A stretch of DNA of 64,000 bases from Camelus ferus (GCF_009834535.1 NC_045697.1:34660001-34724000); one strand, 5' to 3'; positions 13,101-26,789 are shown, counted from the stretch's first letter. Numbers and translations: made by a program. The notes: generated from the letters alone by a model not told the origin.

Positions 13101-14620
13101 TAAATAAAATTATGAGACTTCTATGAATAATTTATGCAATAAGTTTGAAAATAAATATAAAATAGGCAATTCTTTAAGTAAATATGTTATCTCCAAAAAG
13201 TATCTCAAAAAAGAAAAGGAAATTAAATCAGTAGTCAAATAGCTATCTGTTTGAAAACATGGCATGCCAGACTATTTTATGAAAGATATAGCTGATTTTC
13301 AAGGAACAAATAATTTCTGTCTAATACAAACTATGCCAGAAATTGGAAAAAGAGATTAAAACCCCCACATTCCAACTCATTTTATGATGCTAGTATAGAC
13401 TTTATACTAAAACTAGACAAAGGAAACAAAATTAAAAACCAGGCTCACTCTGAACATAACAGAACAAATGCTAAATAAAATATTTGGAAACCCAAACCAG
13501 CAATATATATTTTTAATGTCTCAGAACCAAGTAGGATTTAACCCAGACATATTTTTTAAAATAAAATTAGAAAATATGTAAATTACAAAAACTATTTTAA
13601 GATATACAGGAAAAATATGTATATTTTAATATATCACATACACACACTCTTCAGAGGGATTAAGGACCTAAATGTGAAAAGCAAATTTTTAAAACATTTA
13701 AAGGAAAATAGAAAATCCCTTTATTACTTCAGGAGAGAGAAGAATTTCTTATAGTAAATAAAACAAACAAAAGCAGAGATCATATAGGAAAATATTGAGA
13801 AATTTAACATTAACTTTTTAAAATTCTGTAAAAAAAAGTTTTATAAAAATCCAGAGACCAAAAAAAATATACTTGTAACATATAACTGATGAAAGATTAA
13901 TATTCAGAAAATGTCTTTAAAATAGACATTAATCAGTTTGAAAAAGCAAACACACTACAGAAAGATGAGCAAAGGATATTAACAGGTATGTAACAGCAGA
14001 GGCAGCACAAGTGGCCAAAAGACACGTGAAAAATTACTCCACTGAGCTGTTTACCAAGGAAATGTACATTTGACAAGATAATTAAAAAAAGTGAATTGGA
14101 AAAAAAATAAGTGTGGAAACTACCTATTGGCAAGAATGTAGAGAACAAATATTTTCATTCCCTGTAAGAGTATAAATTAGTACAAGTACTCTGAATCATG
14201 ATTTGAACGTACAGTATCTAGTAATGTTAAAGCTGCACATACCCTCCCACCAGACTGTTCCATTTGCGGGGCAGAGCTGAAAGAACCATTTGCCCTTGTG
14301 TACAAAATGACATGGGTAAGGAAGTTCTTTGCAGCACTGTTTGTAAAAGTAAGAAATTAGAAACAATTTGAATGTTTATAGTGAAATGGATACATTTTCA
14401 TACACTCAGATAACAAAATATTACGCAGTAGTTAAAGGAACGTGTTTGACCCATACGTACTCACATGAATTACATTGAAAATACAATGTTTAACTAAAAA
14501 AATCAACATATATATGATCTCCCTTATGTCAAATGTTAAAACAGATAAAATAACACATTGTTTATGCACATTTATGTGATAAAAATACAAACACTCAGGC
14601 AAAATGGGGACACACCCTTC
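10130..14620 (+). mobile_element. Degenerate old L1 cluster (ORF2 remnants and 3' ends)
   Basis: Very A-rich; ORF 10932 reads SISIDIEKAFDKFQ (L1 RT ISIDAEKAFDKIQ motif); many stops and frameshifts. Confidence 0.75.
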
Positions 14621-14790
14621 TACTGTGGTTGCCTCTGATGAGTGAGGACCAAAAAGAAGAGGGAGGGGTGGGCTTCAGCTGTATCTGGAATGTTTTATTT
14701 GGTTAAAGAGTGTTATGGCAAAATATCACGACTGGTAATACCTGGATTGTGGGTCTGAAAAGGTTTCCTAAAATTCCCAGTTCTAGTTTT

Positions 14791-15270
14791 TGTAGGGAGA
14801 TCAGACCTCGCCGTGATCTGGCCCCCAGTCAGATGCAGAATCTCTCATGCAAAACCCGCCCCATCCAGTGATTCGGGTCATATTACCTGTGACCAGCTGC
14901 TTACTGTGGACCTACTTGTCGACTTCCCTTCTCCAGTTCCGCCTGCGTGTCATGACATCATCATCCATTCTGAACTACTAATACGTAATGTCATCATGCC
15001 AAGCAGACACACATTTGCCACCAGGCTCCACTTCCCCACAGCTAGTGAGGCCAGGCCTGACCTCCACCTCCAACCCCTCCACCACCTGAGGCTGGCTCTG
15101 TGTCCTTCGTGCACGGCCACTCCCCCAGCTATCAATTGGAACTTCCCGTATCACGAGCCATTACTGGCACTGAGTTTTTAGTTACAGAACTGATTCTTTC
15201 TCTCTCATATTTCTAGATTTCCTCAACATCCGACATCAGGTCATAACGACACATATTCTTCTCACCTACT
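14791..15270. mobile_element. LTR-like insertion of 480 bp
   Basis: GC-richer island in AT-rich DNA; starts TGTAGGGAGA and ends TCTCACCTACT (imperfect inverted termini); flanked by ttctagtttt on both sides. Confidence 0.6.
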
Positions 15271-15846
15271 TTCTAGTTTTGACTCTACATTCACCCACAG
15301 TTGATATTTATCATCAGTTGGAAATTTAAACTATAAGCTGTTTTGTTTTGTTTTGACCTAAATGAGCAGTTTTGACCTACGTTTGATATTTTGGCTACTC
15401 CACTCTTTCTTTTGTTCCCAAAGAACGGAAGTACAGCCCCATGTATTTTTCTAGATCTGTGTTTTCATGAATCTGAGCTAAGCTCAGAAGGACAGAGTGT
15501 ATATTGGATTGGCACTGTTGCAAAGGTGAACGGGCAATTCAAAGAAAGACTTCTGGCAGAACATTTTGGAATGAATGAAAGAGTTTTAGCATGTTAGAGT
15601 TAAAATCACTTCAAGAGAAAGACATTCCTGACATTATGGTTAAAATCAGTGGAAAACATGATCTGATATAAATACACCTAATTTACAGCTTATTAGAAAA
15701 TGTTTAGTAGAGATGAAGTTGTAATAATATTTAGAATTGAAAAAAACAGAAAGCAATAAGACTTTTTTAGTTATATAGTCTTAATAATGTACCTCTCAGA
15801 AAATTTGAAAATATTCACAAATTTATTCATGAATAAACTGAATTAC

Positions 15847-15901
15847 CTCTTGTCTCAAAAGACGTTCTGCCTGATTTCTGGTAATATTTTTATGGTACCA
15901 C
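15847..15901 (-). CDS. TXK: TXK exon 6, SH2 start (WYHKNITRNQAERLLRQE)
   Basis: cag|GTGGTAC...CAAGAG|gtaatt; 55 nt; SH2 WY-x-R-x-AE-LL pattern. Confidence 0.97.
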
Positions 15902-16588
15902 CTGTAAAAGCAATAAAAAAATTTTTTTTAATTTTATATTCCATTTCTTTCCAGAAAAAAAAAAAAAGCCTGCTTCATTTCCTTCATTTTTAAGAACTCA
16001 TTCCAGAACTGATTTTACAAAATGGAGTGATTTTTAATTCAGATACACAATAATATACTATTATGTGCCAATTAATTTAGTTTAATACAGTTTTATTAAT
16101 TGCAAGCCATTATCCTGTTTATTCTATCATAGCTCAATTCAACTTTATGACACACACTTAGTATATAATTTTGAATGACTTAACCTCCTGAAAATTTCCA
16201 TGAAAAGTATGTGGTTAAGAAGTCATCATCTTCAACACACACTTCAATAACCACAGCTTTGGTTAAACAAACTAAAAAATTCTTTCCTCTCAGGAACATC
16301 TTATTTGCATGCTTTGATATGTGCTATGTACCTTTCTGAAATTAAAGTCATGCTAACATCTTTGACTCTGCTAACTATGTTACCTTGCAGTAAAGTTAGA
16401 GGTTCAGTAGAGTAAATGGAACAACCAACATGTAAATAACCCTGCCCCACTCCATCTCAGGCCCCATCTGGTTCCTTGGTCTCCCCTTATCACTAAGTTT
16501 GGTCACACTGGAATTCTTTCCTCACTCAAATTCCAAGTCCTACTCTGCCTCCAGTCTTGCTGTTACTTCTGCATGACACAAGTCATTA

Positions 16589-16780
16589 TTAGATAAACAA
16601 GATTATACTGTAAAGCACAGGGAAATATTTACACGATCTTACGGTAGCTCACAGAGAAAAAAATGTGACAATGAATATATATATGTTCATGGGTAACTGA
16701 AAAATTGTGCTCTACACTGGAATTTGACACAACATTGTAAAATGATTATAAATCAAAAAAAATGTTAAAAAAAAAAAGAA
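16589..16780 (+). mobile_element. 5'-truncated young L1 3' end
   Basis: Nearly identical to 33390-33570; poly(A); TSD aca(a/t)gtcatta at 16578-16588 and 16781-16791. Confidence 0.85.
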
Positions 16781-19774
16781 ACATGTCATTAAATGACTTT
16801 AGAACACTGGAGCTAGACACAATAATCATAATTAAGTAACACTGTAATTAAAGTATATGGCTTGATATGACAACACATCGGTGAGCAAATGTTGCACAGG
16901 AAAGACAGGAAATAGTAGAACAAAGGAGAGAGAAAGAAAAATGGAAGAGCTTTCATTTCAAAACAAGATTTTTAAAAGGAGTTAATCTAACATTACCAGA
17001 AATACTGTTTGCGTGGACAGCGGAAGGAAGAATGCGTATATAACCATGCATTAAGTCAGGTGGGTGGGCCAGATGATGGCTAAATGAAACTCATACCTGC
17101 CCTTGAGAATGGAACCTATCTTATCACGTGGACTTCCCCTCTCCATTCATAGCAGAAAGCTGCCACTGAATTAGAATGGTCAGGTTTTAAAAATACTAAT
17201 ATCCTCAAATTGAAAATGGACTTTTAAAAAGATGAACCACAGAGAATAGAGGATGATGACAGGTGATTCTGGAGTAATACAGCCACCTGTCGCTAATGGG
17301 ATAAGAGTAGCTATGATGCTAACCCGTGAATATCACTCAGTACTTTTTAATGAATATTCATATTGTGGGAGGAAATTTCAAGATGAGTCTGAGACCTCTT
17401 GTTACAGAAAGAAGAAATTCTTTCAAAATAAATGAAGCAGAATTAAAGACACAAGGAATTAGTTTAAAGGGCACCCCTCACTGGCTACATTGTGAAATAT
17501 GGATGCTAAAAAGCCAAGACTGCATAATGATATGCAAAAAAGGGAAAAATTAACATAAATTGATTTTTTTCTAAATAAAAAAATGTGTTGGTATTAATTT
17601 TGTTGCTTTGTATGTATTTATTATAGTGATAAATAATATAAGTAAATATATTAATTTTGTTTAAATGTAAATTGAGTCCATCCATGAGGAAGTCATGCTT
17701 AGAATGACTTTAAAGTAGTAACAAAAGAGCCAGATAGAAGTAAATGATGATGTAAATCAACTATACTTCAATTATAAAAAAATTTGAACATCACCTTACA
17801 ATTGATGATATTAAAAAAGAAACATATGATGAATTAAAGATCCTTTAAAATAACGCAGAACTCCATCTGCATTATTATCATAATATATGTAAGGCAGAAA
17901 AAGATAGGAAGAATGCAATTTAGAGGAGGCTGGGGGCATGGTATTTCAGAATTTTATCTATTTAAATCAAAGGGTAAAAGTTAGAAGAGTTGTTTTGTTT
18001 TGGTTTGTTTTTTCAGAGAGGTAAGGCTCTCTTTTACCAAGACAACACTGATCATTAAACTAACACTGAATGATGTAGACAGGATTGGGGTGGGGCTTCT
18101 AACAACATATTAAAAAAAAAAATCCAGCATGTCCAACTGTGGTTGGGTACAATCATCCTATATATATGTAAGCCTCAAGTTCCATGTCCCAGTCTTAGGT
18201 TTCTGATCAATAAGTAACAGATCAATAAGTTATGGTCTTGAGTTTTAGACCTGGAGACCCTAATAGATCTGGGAAGGCAAATCAGCTTTAGTAAGTGACT
18301 TCCTAACCCTGAAAAGATTAAGCATGCAGCATAGAGACAACGAGATAAATCAGACTCATACTTCCATAGCTCAGAATAATCAATGTTTGCTATTTTAGAT
18401 ATCTATAATTTTAAGAGAATCTAGCATATCAGGTTTTTGTCTTTGATTTTAAATTTATAATTAATCTTAAACTTATTTGAAGTTTAAGAAGATTTAACTA
18501 ATTTTTAAAATGACATTTGCACAGTTAAGAGAATTTGATTTACCACACATATATGTTTAATTTATTACATTTCCAGGATCATGTAAGGGCTTACAAAGAG
18601 CTGTTACAACTGCAGATTTGCCCCTCAGGCATGTGAAGCACTTAAAAAGAAAACTGAATGTATTCCATTTATTAATGGAAGTTAAATGTTTCAGGAAATT
18701 TAATTAACTGAACTTATAAATAAGACTGATTGTTTAAGGACATTTCCTATGTTGAGTATGAATTAAAGTGATCATTCTTATTTTTTTAGATTTATAAACA
18801 GTATATCAAGATTTACAAGTTAAATTTGAAGGCTTACTGAAAACTAGGTTTTTATACTATAATGTTGATAATTTGGATATTAATTTCAAACCAAAGGAGC
18901 CATAAATATTCCTATGTATAAAAACTCCCTCGAGACGTCAGAAGCCCACATGCACAGAGCACTCCTTCCCCTATCGGCCCCCTAACTCTCTCCTGTCCTC
19001 TTTGGCCCTCAAGTCACTTCCTTAGAAAGAGCTCCTCCCACCCAACACCCTCATCCAAATCACAGCCCCTTCCCTGCTGCTTTCTCCTTGTGTCCCACAG
19101 CGTTCCTTCATACCACCACAACTTACAATTATCTATTTATTTGTGAATTTGGGGTTGTTTAATGTCTATTTCCCCATGAAGCTATAAGTTCCATGAAGAC
19201 AGAGACTGCTTCTCTGTACTCTATTTCTAATGCCCAGAACAGCTAACATCTGGTACACTCTAAGCATACAATAAGAAAGATTGAACAAATAAAGTGACTG
19301 GGGGGCAGAAGTAACTATGAATGTAGCACACCTGTAATACTAAGCAAGCTGGACCAAACTATAAATGCCCTTCCTTGTTAGTTTCACAGTTCAAGGAAAT
19401 AATCATTGCTAGAATGTACTGACCAGTTACTATGCACTGAATGAGACAGGCATTATTGTCCCCAGTTTTCAGATCATTCAGAGGTTTAGAGACAGTAAAA
19501 TAACTTTGCCCAGAGCCAAACCATTAGTCAGTGATGCTGCTGAACTTGAACCCAGATGTCTCTGATTTATAAGCCCATGCCACTCCACTTCAACACAGGG
19601 CAGTAATCTCTATACGGTCATTAGAACAATGCTCGGCATAGGGTTGATGAATTTTAGTGATTTATATTGATAATTATTATATCTATATTTTAATAAACCC
19701 TTCTTTAAAGAAACAGCAATAAAACTAAAAATTAGTCTTTTCATAATTGGAGTCATCAAAGACAATGACTTTTA

Positions 19775-19906
19775 CTTATTTATCTATCTATTTATTTATT
19801 TATCTAGTTATTCATTTAAATGGAGGTCCTGGGGATTGAACCTAGGACCTCATGCATGCTAAGCATGCGCTCTACCACAAAGTTATACCCTACCCTTCCC
19901 TAGAAG
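19775..19906 (-). mobile_element. tRNA-derived SINE (Vic-1-like)
   Basis: Reverse-strand body with (TTTA)n tail; flanking repeat atgactttta at 19765-19774 and 19907-19916. Confidence 0.85.
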
Positions 19907-21510
19907 ATGACTTTTAAAGATACATAAATCCAGGCCGAGGAAATGAGATAATAATTCGAACCTCAGAGTAGTTTAATTCATGATCCAATATCTACAGTGT
20001 AAGCAACTGGTGAGAGACAAACTCCAAGCCCAGTCTAAACAGGGGAAGCAAGGAGAATTAATTCCTAGTGAAAGGAAAGAAAGCAGCATTGCTGCTTAGT
20101 AAGCGTCCACTCACTAACCACCAGGCACTGCGTTAGGTTCCTTCACACAGATCTTTAATCGCTTAGAAAATCCAAACTGGGGTTATGATGGGTTTGGGGG
20201 GAGTCTTATTTTTCTGATTTTTCTTAGCAGATTTTTCAAACAAAACCTCCCCTGACCTGGCCCTGAAAGAGACCTGTTTGTGCTGGGCTGCTTCAGCTGG
20301 GGCTAGGAGTAAGACCCCCAAGGGGCTTGCCTCTGTAACTGGAGGTCATTGTGCAACTGTTTGCTAAGGAAGGTGGGTTCACCCACTGGGGGGCTTTGTT
20401 TTACTGAGTGGAGACGGGAATTTCTGAGCAGAGTTAAATGACACAGGTCAAGAGACGGGCATGACAAGCTGAGTGAAGAAGGAAAGAGAGGAGAGACCCT
20501 GTGGTGGAGCTAAGGGGAGTGACTTGGGAGACAGAACAGAAAGAGCACACTGGGAGGTCCGGTAAAGTTATGTAGATGTGTCACGGATCCTGCGGTCACC
20601 TCCTTCCCCTCCAATACAGTCTACATTTTTCACTAAGGCTTTTAGAATTGGATTGTTTTAGGAGAGGGATATGTTGAGTCTGGCCTGCAGGTGGGCTCAA
20701 ATTAGCCGCAAGACAGACCAAGGCGGGGCTCAGTTTGCTCAACTTGCTCAATTTGCCTGGTTCTCGGAGAAGCACCTGTCCTAATGCCTCAACTCGCATC
20801 ACCTACCACCTCTGCTGGAACACACGCTAACTGCAAAACAAGTATCTAAGCAGGGAGCAGGTCCTCCAGTGCTCAAACTGCGAACCTAAATTTATAAAAG
20901 ATGAGGACCACTCCCAGCTCTTCCACTCCCTACTTGCACCTTAATATCTCAGCCTTAGTTTCTGATCTGCAGAATGAGAGGCTAAGGAAGAGATTGCTAA
21001 GAACTCCATCTTCCAAATCGGTTAAGTGTAACAAAAGTGAACTTCTAAGCAGAACTCTAGTGAACATACCAAATTTCTTCCAAACCACAGCATTAGCCTA
21101 CTTCTCATCTTCAGCGATTTCCAAAACATTTCAAAACATGAGCCAAAATACAGTAATCTGTCTATATATTAAGTCCGATTTCCCACTCATTTAACAAATT
21201 ATGTCATTTTTAAAATAATAACTTTTCCATGTAGGACATACAGTAAAATAAGTGCAAGATGACTGGTTTCACGCTGTCACTGTTACAATTTTTTAAAAAA
21301 TGGCCACACAAAGCAAAACAAAAGTAATTTTAAGAAAAGAAGTTTCTGAATCAACCATTATAAGGATCAAAGAACTCTTAAGCTAAAGTTGCCAAATGTG
21401 TTACTTTCTTTTCCTTTCACAGACCAAAACCAGCATCTATACTTACAAGCTGCCCAAATGTACTTGATTTTCATAGATCAACCATAGGACATATTTTGGA
21501 GGAAACTTAC

Positions 21511-21576
21511 TCATATATTTCTAAATTAGTTGGTTTGTTTTCAGTCACATAGTTGCTTGGAATTAAGCCTTCATTC
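21511..21576 (-). CDS. TXK: TXK exon 5, end of SH3 (NEGLIPSNYVTENKPTNLEIY)
   Basis: tag|GAATGAA...TATGA|gtaagt; 66 nt; GLIPSNYV SH3 motif. Confidence 0.97.
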
Positions 21577-23059
21577 CTACAACAAAAGACAAAGCAAAAA
21601 TCAAAACGCTTGGCGCATTTGTGGCATTATTGTGGCAACAATCCTTTTAAACACCTAAAGGACGTGGGGGGAAATCGATTCATTTGACCACTTAAATTGT
21701 TGAAAGAAGAAAAAAGCTTTTTTCATTTCAACATTCAACTAAAATCTCTGCATGAGAAATACTAAGTTTCTGAGTTACAATATGAGTAGTTCAAGATGTT
21801 TTGTGACATGAAAATCTTTGCAAAGAGGATAACAGGCATTTGTGATCACCAGCACATCACAGTGTCTAGATTAAAAAGACATCTTATTACAAAGATATTG
21901 ACTTAACTCTAATTGCTACAGAATATTCCATGAAATATTTTAGTTTAGTCACACCCCTATTACAGCAATGCTATTTAAAAAATACTTGAACATGCCTTCT
22001 TGTGTGCAAGCAAGAGTATTTCTCTAAGACGGATACCAAGCAGGGAAATTGCAGGTCACAGAATATGTACAGCTTTCAGTAGATATGGCAAAATTGCTAT
22101 TGAAGGGAAATATATCCATTTACACACTAATTGGCAGGGGAGGGGTTTCTCTTTTCCTATACCTTCATCAGTAAAATCTGAAATTTATAATCATGAAAAC
22201 ATCTCCAAGACATGTTGTTGAGGAACACAAGCAAGTTGCAGAGCAATGCATAAAATATGGTAAGATTTAGGTCAGTCAGATCTGCAAACAATATCATATA
22301 TTTCAATACATGCATGAGAGTGTGTTTAAAATAACCTGGATGGGTACTAACTAAAGGAATAATGGTGCTTACTTTGGGGAAAGAGACTGGGTTTGGAAGT
22401 GTAGCAAAACAGAATTTTGGCATTAATCATCTTGTTTGAATATTATTTTTAAAAAGAATATTCACTTATTAGCTTTGAAGTTAAAAACTGGGGTTTTTTT
22501 AAAGTCCGAGTCATGCCAATAGACCACCTGCAGGAGTAACTAATTACACAGCCCTGAACCTCCTAATACCTCTTTTCCCACTGAAAGGTCTCCATCACAT
22601 GTTGAATCTCAACAAAGAACTGGTAAAAGAGCCAAATCATCAAGAAAACATAAAGAAAGAGGGATGTCTGTACTTCAAATGCTTAGATACTTATAATCTC
22701 CAAATCTTGACAAGGATCAGAAATCAATGCCAGGATTCTCTCCTAGAAAGCTCAGATACTCCTCAGAATTCTTCTCTACCCAAGACTCCAGTCTGGAAGT
22801 AACAATATATTGCAGCTGAAATGAAGTTTTTTTGCATCCCAGGGTCTTTTTTCCTCCAACTTGATACAGCAACTATTGCAATGTTTATTTCCAAAATTAG
22901 TTATTGTAGAAATATGAAAATGAGTACAATTCTGTTTCTGTTTCTACCTTGGAGCTTAACAGGAAAACATCAAATTCCCAAAGAAAGCATAAATCAGAAT
23001 AAGAATCTATATGGTAGGAATTTTTTCCCACATTTTACAAATAAAGAAACAAAAACTTA

Positions 23060-23765
23060 CTAAAAATAGAACTACCATATGATCCAGGAGTTCCACTTCT
23101 GGGTATTTATCTGAAGAAAATGAAAACACTAACTCAAAAAGATATATGCACCCATTGCAGCACTATTTACAATAGCCAAGATATGGAAACAATCCAAGTG
23201 TCTATGGATGGATGAGTGGATAAAGAAAATGTGGTACATATATCTACAATGGAATATTATTTGGCCATAAAAAGAATGAAGTATTGTCATGTGCAACAAC
23301 ATTGACCTTGAGGGCATTATGCTAAATGAAATAAATCAGACTGAGAAAGACAAATACCATACTCACTTACATGTGGAATCCAAAAAAAAAAATTAAAAAT
23401 TGAAAAAACAAACAAACAAGCTCATAGATACAAAGAACAGACTGGTGGTTGCCAGAGGCAGGGGGTAGGTGGAGGATGAATGGGTGAATGGGGTCAAAAG
23501 GTATAAACTTCCAGTTAAGAATAATTAAGTCCTGGAGATATAACGTATAGCATGGTGACTATAGTTAATAGTACTGTATTGCATGTTTGAAAGTTGCTAA
23601 GAGAGTAAATCTTAAAAGTTCTCATCACAAGAAAAAAAAATTGTAGCTATGTATGGTGATGGGTGTTAACTAGACTTGTAGTGATTATTTCACAGTATAT
23701 TCAAATATTGAATCATTATATTGTACACTTGAAACTAATGTAATATTATTATGTCATTTATACCT
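23060..23765 (+). mobile_element. L1 3' end (ORF2 tail and 3' UTR)
   Basis: aaaaatagaactaccatatgatccag...aatagccaagatatggaaacaa...tgtacacttgaaactaat. Confidence 0.85.
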
Positions 23766-23776
23766 GAGGAAGGAAG

Positions 23777-23778
23777 GA

Positions 23779-23842
<64 letters not shown>

Positions 23843-23843
23843 A
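23777..23843. repeat. (GAAA)n tetranucleotide microsatellite at an L1 tail
   Basis: About 16 uninterrupted GAAA units. Confidence 0.97.
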
Positions 23844-24136
23844 GGCAAGGGGAGAAAGAAGACTCAGAGAGGGTGAGTGACTTGCCCAAGGACACACAGA
23901 AGTACATGGCAACATAAGGATATAAACCCACGTGTGCCCAGTTCTGAGAGTCTGCCTGAAATCATGGTGCAAAAATGCTCTCTCATACAGATGGGGAGGT
24001 GTGGGAATGGGTTCTATTTCATTTACAAGGAAAAGTTATACACCTGGAGAAAATAAACCACTACTTTATGCTTCAAAAGTCTTTAGAGAACGAAAGAGGA
24101 GAGATTTGGTAAAGAAGACCAAGCCACCAGTCTTAC

Positions 24137-24342
24137 CCCAGGCGGTCTCTGGCCTTCCACCAGTGAGGATTATACTTCTCCAGTATCAGGTACTCCTCTG
24201 CTCTCTTTAACGCTAAATCATAGGGCTCTCTGGGCAGATAATCATACAGTGCCTTGACTTGGATCCTCTCTTCAGCAACCTCAGATGGCGGGAGGGGAGG
24301 CAGCGGCTTGCGTTTTGATGGTTGCACACGGCCACTGTTGGA
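24137..24342 (-). CDS. TXK: TXK exon 4, proline-rich motif and SH3 (SNSGRVQPSKRKPLPPLP...ALYDYLP...WWKARDRLG)
   Basis: cag|TCCAAC...CTGGG|gtaaga; 206 nt; SH3 ALYD and WW signatures; overlaps ORF 24133..24327. Confidence 0.98.
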
Positions 24343-25026
24343 CTGTAAGAACTAAGGAGTGAGTCGCTGTACTTTGTTTCAGTAATCTGTACTAAATAAG
24401 AAGAGGCATATATAGGCTGTTTGCCTGCTGCTTCATTCTCCTACCCAACTGCACCAAAACAGAAGCCAGGGCGGGATAAACGTAGGAAATGACTAACTCT
24501 AAAACAGCCTTTCAGTCCAGCCACACACTCATCATTTTGTAAACTCTCAAGATCACAAATTCTCTTGCCAGCATTGCATTGATTTTTTTTTCATCTCACA
24601 ATTCTTAAAATTTTATCTCCTTAATAGTTACACTTTAAGGACTTTCCTCTCTTGGAAACAGAAAAACAGCTCTTCCCTTTCATGTACTGTAAGCTTGTGT
24701 TTCGGTTTATCACACTTCCCAAGGAAACGGATTCTCCAACACTGAACAGAAAATTACTCCTGGCTTCAAAATGGCAGTAGCCAGAATATATTTTTTTTCC
24801 TATTTCCAGTTCTGCCAAAATGTAGGAGAGTAGGCTATTTTAACTGGCCTTTTTTTCTTTCACTTTTTTTCTAGGACATTGATTCACTAAATGTTTTTTG
24901 ATAGCTTATTATGTGCCAAGCATGATACTAGGTTCCAGGCAGTGCAGCAAACAGTACCTCATGAAGCACAGACCCTAAAAATGCCACCTTCCTCTAGCCC
25001 TTCTGCCTCATCAAAACGATACTCAC

Positions 25027-25129
25027 TTGCTTCTTACTTGGCAATCCACTGAACCACGGTCTGCGACGCTGTGTGTATTTTTCGGAAAGTTCTTCATCCT
25101 TGCTCAGGCTTATTTGTGTCCTCACTTGT
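25027..25129 (-). CDS. TXK: TXK exon 3 (QVRTQISLSKDEELSEKYTQRRRPWFSGLPSKKQ)
   Basis: cag|ACAAGTG...AAGCAA|gtgagt; 103 nt, phase 2->0; open frame matching TXK N-terminal region. Confidence 0.95.
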
Positions 25130-26049
25130 CTGACATTGAAGAGTAATCATGTTACAAATGATCATTTGGACCCAAATTGTCTATAAATCTACTAGATTAT
25201 CACAAACTAGTGGGAAAATCTCCTTCCTACTGCTTTTTTATTTAGAAGACTTCCTAACTCCATTTCCTTGGGCAAGTTACTACCTTTCAGAACTTCATTT
25301 TTCTTATCTGGGAACTAGAGATGCTAAGAGTATATAAAGTTGTTATGAAATAAAATTAAGAAAACACATGTCACATGCTCAGTACAGAATCTGGGGCATA
25401 TTAGGGGCATAAAACTATAATCATGATGTGAAGACCTTCCTCTGTGTCAGACACAGTGTTGATCATTTTACAGGCATCACCTCATTCGATGGTATCTACT
25501 GTTTCAAGTGGGCACGGTGGAGTGATTAAGAACATGAGTTTGAATCCCAGATCTACCATTTCATAGTGTGGCCTTGGGTAAGCAATGTCACCTCTCTAAG
25601 CTTCAATTTCCCCACCTGTATAACGGGGATTGTAAAAAAGCATGAGTGGTTTTGAGAGTTACTTGAGCTAGAAAACGCAAACTTCCTAGCATAGTCTGAC
25701 ACATAAGACACTCCCACTCAATGCTGGCTGATACTACCATTACGGTGCCCTGGATTTTATCCTTATACATCCTTTGCTGGGCACCAAAGTGTAAAACACA
25801 CTGATGGTTTTGGGGAGATACTCAAATACATAAGACAGGATTCTTGCCCTTAAAGGGTAATAATTACAGAGTGAAACACAGACATAAACAGCATGCATGA
25901 AATAAATATGAAATAAAGAACCAAGCTGCATGCTTTGAACACACCACAGAAGGAGCAGTTAAATCCAAGAGGATTAAGGAAGGATCACAGACCTGACACT
26001 TTGACCTATAGCTAGCTTTAAATGAATGTGCATTCAACAGCAAGAAAAT

Positions 26050-26196
26050 GGGAAGGGTATAGCTCAGTGGTAGAGTGAGTGCTTATCATGCACGAGGTCC
26101 TGGGCTCAATCCCCAGTACCTCCATTAAAAATAATAATAAACAAATAAATAAACCTAATTATCTCCCCCCACCAAGGGAAAAAAAAAAAACCAGGG
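26050..26196 (+). mobile_element. tRNA-derived SINE (Vic-1-like), about 120 bp from TXK exon 2 donor
   Basis: A/B boxes, A-rich tail; TSD agaaaatggga at 26043-26053 and 26197-26207. Confidence 0.88.
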
Positions 26197-26319
26197 AGAA
26201 AATGGGAGACAGGTTTCCCAGGCAAAGGGAACAGCAGATACAAAGAGACATGGAGACCTGACAGACAAAGAAACGGAATGAATGAATTTCTAAGGAGTTG
26301 CCCTCGGAAACAGACTTAC

Positions 26320-26374
26320 CGCTTCTGCACGGAACAGCAACAGCAGCAACAGAAAATTGACTGGATGGTATTAT
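26320..26374 (-). CDS. TXK: TXK exon 2, palmitoylated cysteine string (YNTIQSIFCCCCCCSVQKR)
   Basis: ttttcag|ATAATACC...AAGCG|gtaagt; 55 nt; six consecutive Cys codons. Confidence 0.97.
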
Positions 26375-26789
26375 CTGAAAAGCAGATCATTCTCAACTGT
26401 TAGAAATCATGAGTCCATGACATTGGATAGATGAGGCTGGTGGTGCTATTCCAAAGGAGGAAATCCCTGAGGGCAGGGGTGATAGAAATTTTTCTAAAGC
26501 AGATGCAAAGTCTTGACCATGCCCTTCCTCACTAGTAGAAGATGGAAAGTTGTCACTAACACAAAAATAAGTTACTGGCACCCTGGCCACTGTGGTTTCC
26601 CTTCTCAGGCGTTTCTCCCCGGGTCTGGTTTCATGCATTTCCTCAGTCAGTGAGTGAGAAATGACCACTGCAGCCTCCTCTACCCTGATCAGGACTTGCT
26701 AACAAACATCGAAAGAATATGATTCCAAAAACAATGTTCTTGAAAGTTTATTAGCAGGGATTTTGAATTAGGTCCATCACATTTCTTCA

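Noticed and set aside
1284..26196. tRNA-like A/B box sequences as tRNA genes
   Set aside because: They have A-rich tails, TSDs and divergent copies, so they are SINEs
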